Part shown: positions 30,270-38,336 of the stretch, in pieces
Numbering within the stretch: the first letter of the stretch is position 1
How the letters are laid out: each line of letters begins with the position of its first letter
Source: an uncultured bacterium
GTDB lineage: Bacteria > Babelota > Babeliae > Babelales > Vermiphilaceae
Assembly: GCA_963701085.1 (NCBI GenBank)
Contig: OY969561.1
Span: forward strand, 1,024,001-1,088,000
Direction: 5' to 3'
DNA: 64,000 bases
Made by a program: the position numbers and the translations under genes
The notes under the pieces: model-generated
The model's database searches: none
Told to the model about the DNA's origin: nothing
Seen by the model: only the letters and a program-made list of their open reading frames with translations

Positions 30270-30296
30270 TATTCTTACTCCACATTAAAAAAATAT

Positions 30297-31451
30297 TTAT
30301 GTTAGAGGATATTTTTTAAGTAAATTTTTATCAAGATGCGCGCATGTTTGTTCAAGTTCTTTACTCGTCAGTAATCCCGTTTGTGTGCCAAGATGTTTAA
30401 TAACGGAAGCACTATTGATAATGCCTGCGCGTAAAGCATCATCAATAGATTTGTTATTAAGCAGTTGTGCTACAAAGCATGAGCCGAATGCATCTCCTGC
30501 ACCAATACTGCTCACAATATTGATTTTTATGCTGGGATGGAAGTAGATGTTGTTTTTATCAGAGGCATAGACTCCTTCAGCTCCATTAGTAACAACAATG
30601 ATATCTGGTCCGCATGTATGCACTGCATTAAAAAATTGCTGTAAAGTAAAACAGGTTGTTGCAGACCCAAGCGGTTTTTTAAGCAAATCTGGTAGAGTTT
30701 TATCGTGAGGTGTAGGTATTTCAAGGGGCCTGTCCGCCGTAGCTTTACCTGCGCTTTGAAGCCTTGGCGAAAGAGTGGCGAAGGAGGGTGGTAGCTTGAG
30801 TGATAGGGATGTCATGAGCAGTTCAGCTTCATAGCTGTTTAAAATTAAAATAGTAATGCCTGATAATGCTTCTTTTAAAAATTCAGCACCAGCATGCAGT
30901 TGACTAGTTCCCGGATTGGCTGCAACAGGTTTGTTGTATTTTTTAGCGAGTTGTGTGATGGGAATTAAGAGTGGCGCAGCAGGACCAGTCAGTGAGGTGA
31001 TATAGAGTTGATCAGTATCAGCAATGGCGGATTCAGGCAGTTCTTTGTGCGTGAGGGTAATATTTGCACCGCGATAAACTAAAACTGCACTATTGCCTTG
31101 CGGTCCGGGAATAATAAAAGATTGGCCAGTTGGTGCTGCATCTGTGCGTAGTGCATGAGTGGTAGAAACATGTTCTTGTGCTAATGTTTGTAAAATAAAA
31201 TCACCAGCGTTATCAGTTCCAATTTTGAAAAAGCTTTGCACATCAAAGCCGGCGCGTGCAAATGATACCGCGCTATTTGTTGCACCGCCACCACAATAGT
31301 ACATGATATCTTGCAGTTCTATTTTTCTTCCCGCTCGCATGCATACATACGCAAAATCCTCTTCTTTGGTATGCAGGTGTAATGTTTCTACACCTTCATA
31401 TTGAGTAAAAATATCCTGCATGCCGCTGCCGATTGTTAACACTTTTTTCAT
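30297..31451 (-). CDS. PfkB-family carbohydrate kinase
   Basis: GGGATNSAV, VYRGAN, LNSYEA, VVTNGAEG, IGAGDAFGS. Confidence 0.9.
   Translation of the reverse strand: MKKVLTIGSGMQDIFTQYEGVETLHLHTKEEDFAYVCMRAGRKIELQDIMYYCGGGATNSAVSFARAGFDVQSFFKIGTDNAGDFILQTLAQEHVSTTHALRTDAAPTGQSFIIPGPQGNSAVLVYRGANITLTHKELPESAIADTDQLYITSLTGPAAPLLIPITQLAKKYNKPVAANPGTSQLHAGAEFLKEALSGITILILNSYEAELLMTSLSLKLPPSFATLSPRLQSAGKATADRPLEIPTPHDKTLPDLLKKPLGSATTCFTLQQFFNAVHTCGPDIIVVTNGAEGVYASDKNNIYFHPSIKINIVSSIGAGDAFGSCFVAQLLNNKSIDDALRAGIINSASVIKHLGTQTGLLTSKELEQTCAHLDKNLLKKYPLT
30729..30788 (-). repeat. Nested type-B element in frame inside the PfkB kinase gene
   Basis: Coding strand ccctccttcgcca[ctctttcgccaaggcttcaaagcgcaggt]aaagctacggcggacagg; GC-rich 60 nt = PSFATLSPRLQSAGKATADR. 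Confidence 0.85.
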
Positions 31452-31533
31452 ATTTATCCTTTTGTAATCATATATTTTTTGATAATATAAGTTTATCTCT
31501 ATTGGTTATAACAAACATGAAGGGCGAAATTAT

Positions 31534-32037
31534 ATGAAACGATATATCTTGTTGAGTGCATGGTGCATGTTATTTTTTAGTGCAATGAATTTTGGTATGC
31601 AAGATGAAGCTAAATCGCGTTGTATTGTTAATAAGCCCCTTACTATAGAAGAGATAGTGCAGCAATATATTATTAAAGGGCAATATATTAAAGGACAGTG
31701 TTGTGTTAGTGATGTAGTTATAAATGGAAAAAGATATATTATTAAACAAAAATTGAATAGTAGTGTTAAAACTAGCTTTATGAAAAAGAGACAAGACTTT
31801 TTCAGGGAAATGAATGGTACTTCTGATGTTTCTTCTGCAGTAGGGCAATTAATTGAAGAAATTGAAGTTGCTAAAAATAAACAGCAACCAATTGAGTGTA
31901 TATATGAAGAAGGTGAATTGTTGTTGTTTGAACGTAGCGAGAAAATGCATAAAGCACCACTATTAACATTCAAACCAGGCAAAGCTCTTAAAAAAGCTGC
32001 GCGTGTTGAAAGTCAATTAGATTTACAAATAAAATAA
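31534..32037 (+). CDS. Secreted hypothetical protein
   Basis: MKRYILLSAWCMLFFSAMNFG|MQ. Confidence 0.62.
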   Translation: MKRYILLSAWCMLFFSAMNFGMQDEAKSRCIVNKPLTIEEIVQQYIIKGQYIKGQCCVSDVVINGKRYIIKQKLNSSVKTSFMKKRQDFFREMNGTSDVSSAVGQLIEEIEVAKNKQQPIECIYEEGELLLFERSEKMHKAPLLTFKPGKALKKAARVESQLDLQIK

Positions 32038-32060
32038 GGCTCCATGCGGAGCCTCTTTTT
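32037..32060. terminator. Short terminator hairpin between convergent genes
   Basis: aggctcc-atgc-ggagcct followed by T-tract. Confidence 0.65.
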
Positions 32061-32589
32061 ATTCAATACGTTTAAATCGTGGCACATTTGTACCATCAAT
32101 TTCTATGTTTTCTAAGAACATTTCCAAAGGGCGATGCCAGATTTTGCTGACAGGATTATCGTACAATGCTTCATATACAACGTACCATGATAAATCTTCT
32201 GAATAGCATGAAATAGCAAGAATACGATAATCTTTATTTTTGTAGTGGCGCCAAATTTCGCCTGATTTGATTTGTGTTTGCATATTATACTCATTTAAAC
32301 CATCTTCTAAACTAACATCCCAAATTGATAATTCTTTTTGATATTCAAGCCATTCTTTATGATTTTTTTTTAATTTAGAATATTCATCATTTGCTTGTTT
32401 TAAAATGGTTTCTTTGTCTTTTTCACACCATGCAAGATAATCATTGATGGAATCTTGAAATGCTTTTTTGAGTTCATTAACATTTTTCCCTTGGAAAGTA
32501 ATGATATCTTTGAGACCAATTACTTCACCATGAAATATTTTTGCTTCATTATCGTACGTTACTTCTCCAAAATAACCTTTATATTTCAT
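32059..32589 (-). CDS. Chimeric HicB N-domain / antitoxin-like segment / DUF1653 protein
   Basis: MKYKGYFGEVTYD..IFHGEVIGLKDIITFQG..SINDYLAWC (HicB); WRHYKNKDY..VVYEALY..WHRPLEMF..PRF (DUF1653). Confidence 0.75.
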   Translation of the reverse strand: MKYKGYFGEVTYDNEAKIFHGEVIGLKDIITFQGKNVNELKKAFQDSINDYLAWCEKDKETILKQANDEYSKLKKNHKEWLEYQKELSIWDVSLEDGLNEYNMQTQIKSGEIWRHYKNKDYRILAISCYSEDLSWYVVYEALYDNPVSKIWHRPLEMFLENIEIDGTNVPRFKRIE

Positions 32590-32594
32590 TATTT

Positions 32595-33854
32595 TTATTT
32601 CTTCAACCGTGCAACAAGATCAACTTGAGCAACAGCTTCTTCAGCCCCCGTGGTCATATTTTTGAGCATGACGGTGCGATTTTGTTGTTCAGTTTCACCC
32701 AAGATAAGTGCGTATGCAGCGCCAAGTTTGTTTGCTTTGCGCATCATGGTTTTGATTGAACCTTCAAACAAAATATCAGTACATATGTTATGAGCACGTA
32801 ATTCATCTGCAAGTAGCAGTGCCAAAGTATGTTGCGTAGCAGTCATAGGAATTATGAGATGTAGTGCGGGAGGATGAGGGATATTGAGCTGATCGCGCAG
32901 TGGTTCTAGTAATAACATAAGACGTTCGATGCCAAATGCGGCACCAACAGAAGGTTGGTCTTGATTGCCGCCTAGATCTTTTACTAATTGGTTGTATCGT
33001 CCACCGCCACAAAATGTGTCTTGTGCGCCAAGATTTTTGCTGACGAACTCAAATACCGTTTTAGTATAATAATCAAGGCCACGGACCAATGTTGGACGAT
33101 ATACGTGAGAGATGGATAAAAGACTGAGTTGTTTTTGTAGCTCCTGCCATTCTTGTGTACAAGCCTCGCAAAGATTATCAGCAATATAGGGAGCTTGTTT
33201 ATATATTTCTTGGCACTGCGGATTTTTACAATCAAAAATACGCATAATGTTGTGTTCTTTTCTTTCTCGGCATTGATCGCAGATGTTTTGTGCAACTTCT
33301 GGTTTATCCATAAACTTTTTTAAGATGACAAGATAGTTTTCACGATCTTGTGTACAGCCTAAAAAGTTGAGGACAAGTGCATAGCTATTTATTTTTAAAA
33401 TTTCATGAAAAAAACGGTCAAGCATCGCAATAAATTGTACATCTTGTGCAATTGCCCCGGAACCAATAACTTCCATTGTGACTTGATGGAACTGACGGAA
33501 TCTTCCTTTTTGAGGACGTTCGTAGCGGAACATGGGGCCGTATGAAAAAACTTTCCATGGAGTGAGTTCAATATGATGTTCATTAAATGCACGCACGGTG
33601 GGTGCTGTGCCTTCTGGTCGTAAACAGATGCGATCTTCACTGCTTGCTTGGCGGGACTCTATAACAAACATTTCTTTGGAGACCACATCGGTGTATAGCC
33701 CGAGTGAACGGTGAAAAAGGTCAACAAATTCTAGAATGGGAGTTTGAATTTCATTGAAATGGTAGATGATAAGATGTTTTTTTACTGAATCAATAATAAA
33801 GTTAAACAGCGTGCAATCTATAAAATCTTGGGTGCCTTTTACGCGTGGAATCAT
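32595..33854 (-). CDS. hisS: Histidine--tRNA ligase
   Basis: RVKGTQDF, LRPEGTA, FRYERPQKGRFRQFHQ, LVRGLDYY, GGGRY, FGIERL. Confidence 0.98.
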   Translation of the reverse strand: MIPRVKGTQDFIDCTLFNFIIDSVKKHLIIYHFNEIQTPILEFVDLFHRSLGLYTDVVSKEMFVIESRQASSEDRICLRPEGTAPTVRAFNEHHIELTPWKVFSYGPMFRYERPQKGRFRQFHQVTMEVIGSGAIAQDVQFIAMLDRFFHEILKINSYALVLNFLGCTQDRENYLVILKKFMDKPEVAQNICDQCRERKEHNIMRIFDCKNPQCQEIYKQAPYIADNLCEACTQEWQELQKQLSLLSISHVYRPTLVRGLDYYTKTVFEFVSKNLGAQDTFCGGGRYNQLVKDLGGNQDQPSVGAAFGIERLMLLLEPLRDQLNIPHPPALHLIIPMTATQHTLALLLADELRAHNICTDILFEGSIKTMMRKANKLGAAYALILGETEQQNRTVMLKNMTTGAEEAVAQVDLVARLKK

Positions 33855-33884
33855 AATAATTATTCCCTGTTTTAGTTCTTTCCT

Positions 33885-33985
33885 GCGCTCGCCCCTGACC
33901 CTTCGGCAAGCTCAGGAGTAAACACCCGCCTGGCCTCCGAAGCCTCGGCGAAGGACGGCTTGAAGGGTTTTCTTCGAGCGCTCGG
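33885..33985. repeat. Composite element: type A carrying nested type-A and type-B units
   Basis: gcgctcgcccctga[cccttcggcaagctcagg]agtaaacac[ccgcctggcctccgaagcctcggcgaaggacgg]cttgaagggttttcttcgagcgctcgg. Confidence 0.85.
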
Positions 33986-34119
33986 TTATAAAATTTCTTA
34001 TTACAGATTATACCAAATTTTAACAAACAAAAAAACATAGCAATTGACTTGATGAATCTATTCATGGTAGAGAATACAAGAAGTAGTAACATAAAGACGG
34101 AAAAACCAAAAGGAGAAAA

Positions 34120-35751
34120 ATGAAGCATAAAAAATTAGTAGCACTTTTATCATTAAGTGCTATGGCAGGATCATTATCAGCTGATTGCGATAGAAATGAT
34201 AGTTCTTTGTTAGAAGCAACAAATAAAACAACACTTACCATTCATCCACTTTTTGTATCGCAACAACCAGAACTTGTTTCAGGATTCCGTAATGATCGCA
34301 ATCAAACGCGTGAAAATGGTTGGGGCGGAGCATTCCAAGCAGTACTTTTTGGAAGCCGCACATCAGATGGAAAAGATTTAGCTCGTTACTTTTTTCCCGA
34401 TGCACATGAATCATTAGTTGCTGCCAATGATGGTCCTGTAGCAGGCCAAGCGGGATTTAGTGTAAAAAAAGATCTTCTTGCGCAAGATTTTAATGTCTTT
34501 ACGGTGAATAATAATTTTGAAAGTACTATTTCCATTGAACCGCAACAAAGCGTTATTGGTCTTGGTTTGCATGTTCGTCAAAGTTTTTGGAAAAGTCATG
34601 AAAAAGGAAGAGGCCTTTGGATAAGCTTTTCTGCTCCTATTATGCACGTCAAAAATGATATGAATTTTTTTGAAAATGTAATGAATGATGGTGGTGGTGC
34701 AAATGAAGCAGCTAATCCAGTTGTTGTTGCAAATATGACTGAAGCATTCCAACAATCAGATTGGAAGTATGGTAAAATTACCGAATGTGCAATGAAAAAA
34801 ACTGGCCTGGGTGATATAGAAGCAAAGGTTGGTTATGAGTGGTTGCAACATGAGCCAGTGCATATGGAATCATATTTTGGTCTTGTTATTCCAACAGGTA
34901 ACAAAAATGAAGGCGAATTTGTTTTTGAACCAATTGTTGGCCGTGGTAAATATTTTGGAATTATGCTTGGTAGCTCGTTGGGTCTAGAAATTTGGACGAG
35001 TGAAGATGGTGATAAAAATCTTCGTTACGAATTAGCAAACCATTATGAAGTGTTGTTTAAAAAAGATCAAAAACGTTCTTTTGATTTAAAAAACAAACCA
35101 TGGAGCCGTTATTTGCCAGTGTATGCTAATCAAGAAGAAGCAGCTGCAGCGGCAGCGCTTGTCGGTGGACCAAATCCACTTTATGCTCAAAATGTTTCAA
35201 CTCCTGGTATTAACGTATTCACGCAAGAAGTAAAAGTAACGCCAGGCTTAACAACAGATATTAATACAGCATTTGTCTTTACATGGAAAAAGTTCCAGGC
35301 TGAAGCTGGTTATAACTTCTTAGCAAAACGGGCTGAAAAGGTAGAACTTGATTGTCCATGGCAAGTAGGGCCGGCGCTGAAGCATTTCCTTGGAGCAGGT
35401 CAAACTAACCCAATTCGCACGATCAATGGCAGTCCATTTTATGAACAAATTGTGAGCAGTATACCAGTACCGACGCCAACACCAGTTGTGCCAGGTGTTC
35501 TGATTATTCCTGTGCAAGTAGCGCCAGCAGATTATGAAATAAGCTTGATTCAAGAATCAGATTTAGATCTTAATTCTGCAGCAACACCAGCACTCTTTGC
35601 TAACACGTTGTATGCTACGCTTGGATTCCATTGCCAAGATAGAGAATATCCGATATTTGGTAATTTTGGTGCGTCATACACATTCTCAAAAAATAATGAT
35701 GCAGTTCCACGTCGCTGGGTTCTGTGGGTAAAAATGGGCGTATCGTATTAA
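34120..35751 (+). CDS. Large secreted protein, probable outer-membrane beta-barrel
   Basis: Signal peptide; amphipathic strands (GDIEAKVGYEW, FQAEAGYNF, IFGNFGASYTF); aromatic terminus WVKMGVSY. Confidence 0.65.
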   Translation: MKHKKLVALLSLSAMAGSLSADCDRNDSSLLEATNKTTLTIHPLFVSQQPELVSGFRNDRNQTRENGWGGAFQAVLFGSRTSDGKDLARYFFPDAHESLVAANDGPVAGQAGFSVKKDLLAQDFNVFTVNNNFESTISIEPQQSVIGLGLHVRQSFWKSHEKGRGLWISFSAPIMHVKNDMNFFENVMNDGGGANEAANPVVVANMTEAFQQSDWKYGKITECAMKKTGLGDIEAKVGYEWLQHEPVHMESYFGLVIPTGNKNEGEFVFEPIVGRGKYFGIMLGSSLGLEIWTSEDGDKNLRYELANHYEVLFKKDQKRSFDLKNKPWSRYLPVYANQEEAAAAAALVGGPNPLYAQNVSTPGINVFTQEVKVTPGLTTDINTAFVFTWKKFQAEAGYNFLAKRAEKVELDCPWQVGPALKHFLGAGQTNPIRTINGSPFYEQIVSSIPVPTPTPVVPGVLIIPVQVAPADYEISLIQESDLDLNSAATPALFANTLYATLGFHCQDREYPIFGNFGASYTFSKNNDAVPRRWVLWVKMGVSY

Positions 35752-35770
35752 TAATAGCTTTTTATAAACA

Positions 35771-35808
35771 AAAAAAGATCCTGGGTTTTTCCCAGGATCT
35801 TTTTTTTT
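35771..35808. terminator. Bidirectional terminator, copy 1
   Basis: aaaaaagatcctggg-ttttt-cccaggatcttttt. Confidence 0.85.
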
Positions 35809-35816
35809 CACCGTTA

Positions 35817-37010
35817 TTAAAATTGTGCGGTCGACATCATAGCGAGTTTCATTCCAATATCTTTAACCGATTTACTCAGGTCTTGTTCTTTTATATATTT
35901 TATTAGTTCTTTTTGTGTGTCTAGATTAAGCTCTGAGAGTTTATTTACGATTTTCGCTTCTATCATTGGAAGTCTCAGAAGGCCGTCAGCAAGTTGGTCT
36001 TTGAATGCCTGCTCTGTTATTATGCTAATCACTTGACAGAGGCGCCATATACCCATGTCTCCGAGCTTGTTGGTTTTAATAAAGGAGTTCAAATTCATAT
36101 CAACGTTGGCTTGTAAGTCTTCTTCCATTTGCCGTTGGTTTGGTTGCCCTGTCATAGGTTCTTTTTCTTCAATAGGAACTTGTTTCGCTATTATAGCGAG
36201 TTGCCTTCCAATATCTTTAACCATTTTACTCAGGTCTTGTTCGTGTATATATTTTATTAGTTCTTTCTGTGTATCTAGGCTAAGCTCTGAGAGTTTATTG
36301 ACGATTTTTACTTCTATCATTGGAAGTCTCAGAAGGCCGTCAGCAACTTGTTCTTTGAATGCCTGCTCTGTCATCGCGCTAATCGCTCGACAAAGCTTCA
36401 ATATCTCCACTTCTCCGAACTTCCATCCTTGCTTGTCAAATTCAATAAGGTGGTACAGTTTCAGATCAACCATGTCTTGTAAGTCTTTTTCCATTTGTTG
36501 CTGGTTTGGTTGCCCTGTCATAGGTTCTTTTGTTGGCGCTAGTTCTTGTTCTAATTGCTCTCTTCTTTCTTTTGCATCTTCAAATAAATTATCAAGTTTT
36601 GCCTGTGTGTTAGGATTAGGATTATTGATCTCGTTTATAGGAACAACGGTGCCGGCTACATGTAAGCTGTCTAAAGCGCTTGCTAATGAACCTTTTTCAA
36701 TCTCTTCGAGCTCAGAGATTCTCACGCGATACATAAACTGTATCATTTTATCGGTAAATTTTGATTTATCCGGCATAAATACATCGTTTACGTTCATGTT
36801 TCTCAGTTCAGTAAGGAACTGTCTGTACGTTCCTTTTTGAAGTTGCGGTTGTTGCTGTGGTTTTGGTTGCATTTGCCCCATTGGTTGACCCGTTTGTGGT
36901 CTTATTGGTGCAGTTGTTACGGGTTCTGTTTTTTTGAGACCTTTTGCAGTCGCTGAACCGATGGCGAATAATGCCAAGATTGCGAGTGTGTTTTTCAAAA
37001 ATTTCATCAT
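35817..37010 (-). CDS. Secreted MKFLK-family protein with about 120-aa tandem duplication
   Basis: MKFLKNTLAILALFAIGSATA; two copies of KEPMTGQPNQ...ADGLLRLPMIE.KIVNKLSEL.LDTQKELIKYI.EQDLSK. Confidence 0.75.
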   Translation of the reverse strand: MMKFLKNTLAILALFAIGSATAKGLKKTEPVTTAPIRPQTGQPMGQMQPKPQQQPQLQKGTYRQFLTELRNMNVNDVFMPDKSKFTDKMIQFMYRVRISELEEIEKGSLASALDSLHVAGTVVPINEINNPNPNTQAKLDNLFEDAKERREQLEQELAPTKEPMTGQPNQQQMEKDLQDMVDLKLYHLIEFDKQGWKFGEVEILKLCRAISAMTEQAFKEQVADGLLRLPMIEVKIVNKLSELSLDTQKELIKYIHEQDLSKMVKDIGRQLAIIAKQVPIEEKEPMTGQPNQRQMEEDLQANVDMNLNSFIKTNKLGDMGIWRLCQVISIITEQAFKDQLADGLLRLPMIEAKIVNKLSELNLDTQKELIKYIKEQDLSKSVKDIGMKLAMMSTAQF

Positions 37011-37041
37011 CAATCCTTTTTTTTATGATATTTTTATTTTA

Positions 37042-37515
37042 TTACCATGCAAGGGATGAGCCCATGTATGCCTTATCTAATTCAAAGTCAAACTTATCCA
37101 TGGCCTGCCACCGCTGCTCTTCAAGTTCTTTTAATAGAGCAGCATCTTCTTTGGGGCCAGTAAATTGTGCATGATAATCTCTCGCTGCTTTCAATAATAA
37201 TTCTAAATCATCCTTATTTATATCTGCTGCTATGGCATCGTTTACGAGGTTGTCAACAAAGGTTTTACTCAGCAGTTGGGTTTTGCTATCCCAAGCATTT
37301 CTTGCACTTTTTACCTCATTAAAGAGTTGCGCAAAAGTTTTTACTGTGCGTTGTTGTTGTGGTTTTGGTTGTGGTTGTACTTGCCCCATTGGTTGGCCTG
37401 CTTGCGGTCTTGTTGGTGCCGTTGTTACAGGTGCTGTTTTTGTGAGACTCTTTGCGTTCACAGCTCCGATGGCAAGCAATGCTACGATTGCTAATGTACT
37501 TTTGAGAAACTTCAT
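37042..37515 (-). CDS. Secreted MKFLK-family protein
   Basis: MKFLKSTLAIVALLAIGAVNA, P/Q/T-rich linker. Confidence 0.75.
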   Translation of the reverse strand: MKFLKSTLAIVALLAIGAVNAKSLTKTAPVTTAPTRPQAGQPMGQVQPQPKPQQQRTVKTFAQLFNEVKSARNAWDSKTQLLSKTFVDNLVNDAIAADINKDDLELLLKAARDYHAQFTGPKEDAALLKELEEQRWQAMDKFDFELDKAYMGSSLAW

Positions 37516-37600
37516 ACAATTCTCCTTGTTTTTTATACGAAAACATTATTATTACTAATTTGCAGTATTGCACAGGTTGTTTTTGCTACGTAATGGTTTA

Positions 37601-37637
37601 AAAAAAGATCCTAGGTTTTTCCCAGGATCTTCTTTTT
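37601..37637. terminator. Terminator, copy 2 of 35771
   Basis: aaaaaagatcctaggtttttcccaggatctt, one mismatch to 35771-35801. Confidence 0.75.
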
Positions 37638-37667
37638 ATTGTGCTTACATTACGTAAAACAACTTAT

Positions 37668-38183
37668 TTACTTTGGAGTTACTTTTCCACTTCTTGCCTG
37701 TCGTCTATATCGGCGAGTTCCCCTGCCAGTTTCCTTACCAGGTGTTACTACAGGTGCTATTGTTGTGCTAGGACCATTCATAGTATTGTCTATGCATTGT
37801 TGAATGGATGCCATTTTCTCACCTTCAATACGGAACAATCCAACAAAAGAGTTACAGAACTCTATCATTCTTTCCTTAAATAATTTTTTCGCGGTAGGGA
37901 TATTCATAGGAAATTCACTGGATATAATCTGCGCAAGATTTTTAATAAATTCACAGGCGCCTTCTTTTCCATAATCATTATAGTTATCTATGAAAATATC
38001 TTCCATATCGTCATTGTTTTCATTGAATACTTGATCTATGAAATTACGTATGGTCTGTTCAGTGACTACTGGTTGAGCAATTGGCTGAACTGCAGGTTGA
38101 GTTTTTTTTGTAAGCACTTTTGCATCAACTGAAACAATGGCAAGCAATGCTACGATTGCTAATGTACTTTTGAGAAACTTCAT
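37668..38183 (-). CDS. Secreted MKFLK-family protein with basic C-terminus
   Basis: MKFLKSTLAIVALLAIVSVDA; 59 nt around the start identical to neighbour; tail GRGTRRYRRQAR. Confidence 0.72.
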   Translation of the reverse strand: MKFLKSTLAIVALLAIVSVDAKVLTKKTQPAVQPIAQPVVTEQTIRNFIDQVFNENNDDMEDIFIDNYNDYGKEGACEFIKNLAQIISSEFPMNIPTAKKLFKERMIEFCNSFVGLFRIEGEKMASIQQCIDNTMNGPSTTIAPVVTPGKETGRGTRRYRRQARSGKVTPK

Positions 38184-38336
38184 ACAATTCTCCTTTTTCT
38201 TGAGAAAAACGTTATTATTACTAGTTTCAGCATTGCACAAACAATTTCTATTGTGCAATACTTTTATTAAAAATAGTGTTAAATACGTAGAAAATACCGT
38301 GTGGATAGTATAATAAGTTTTTATAAAATGGTATTT

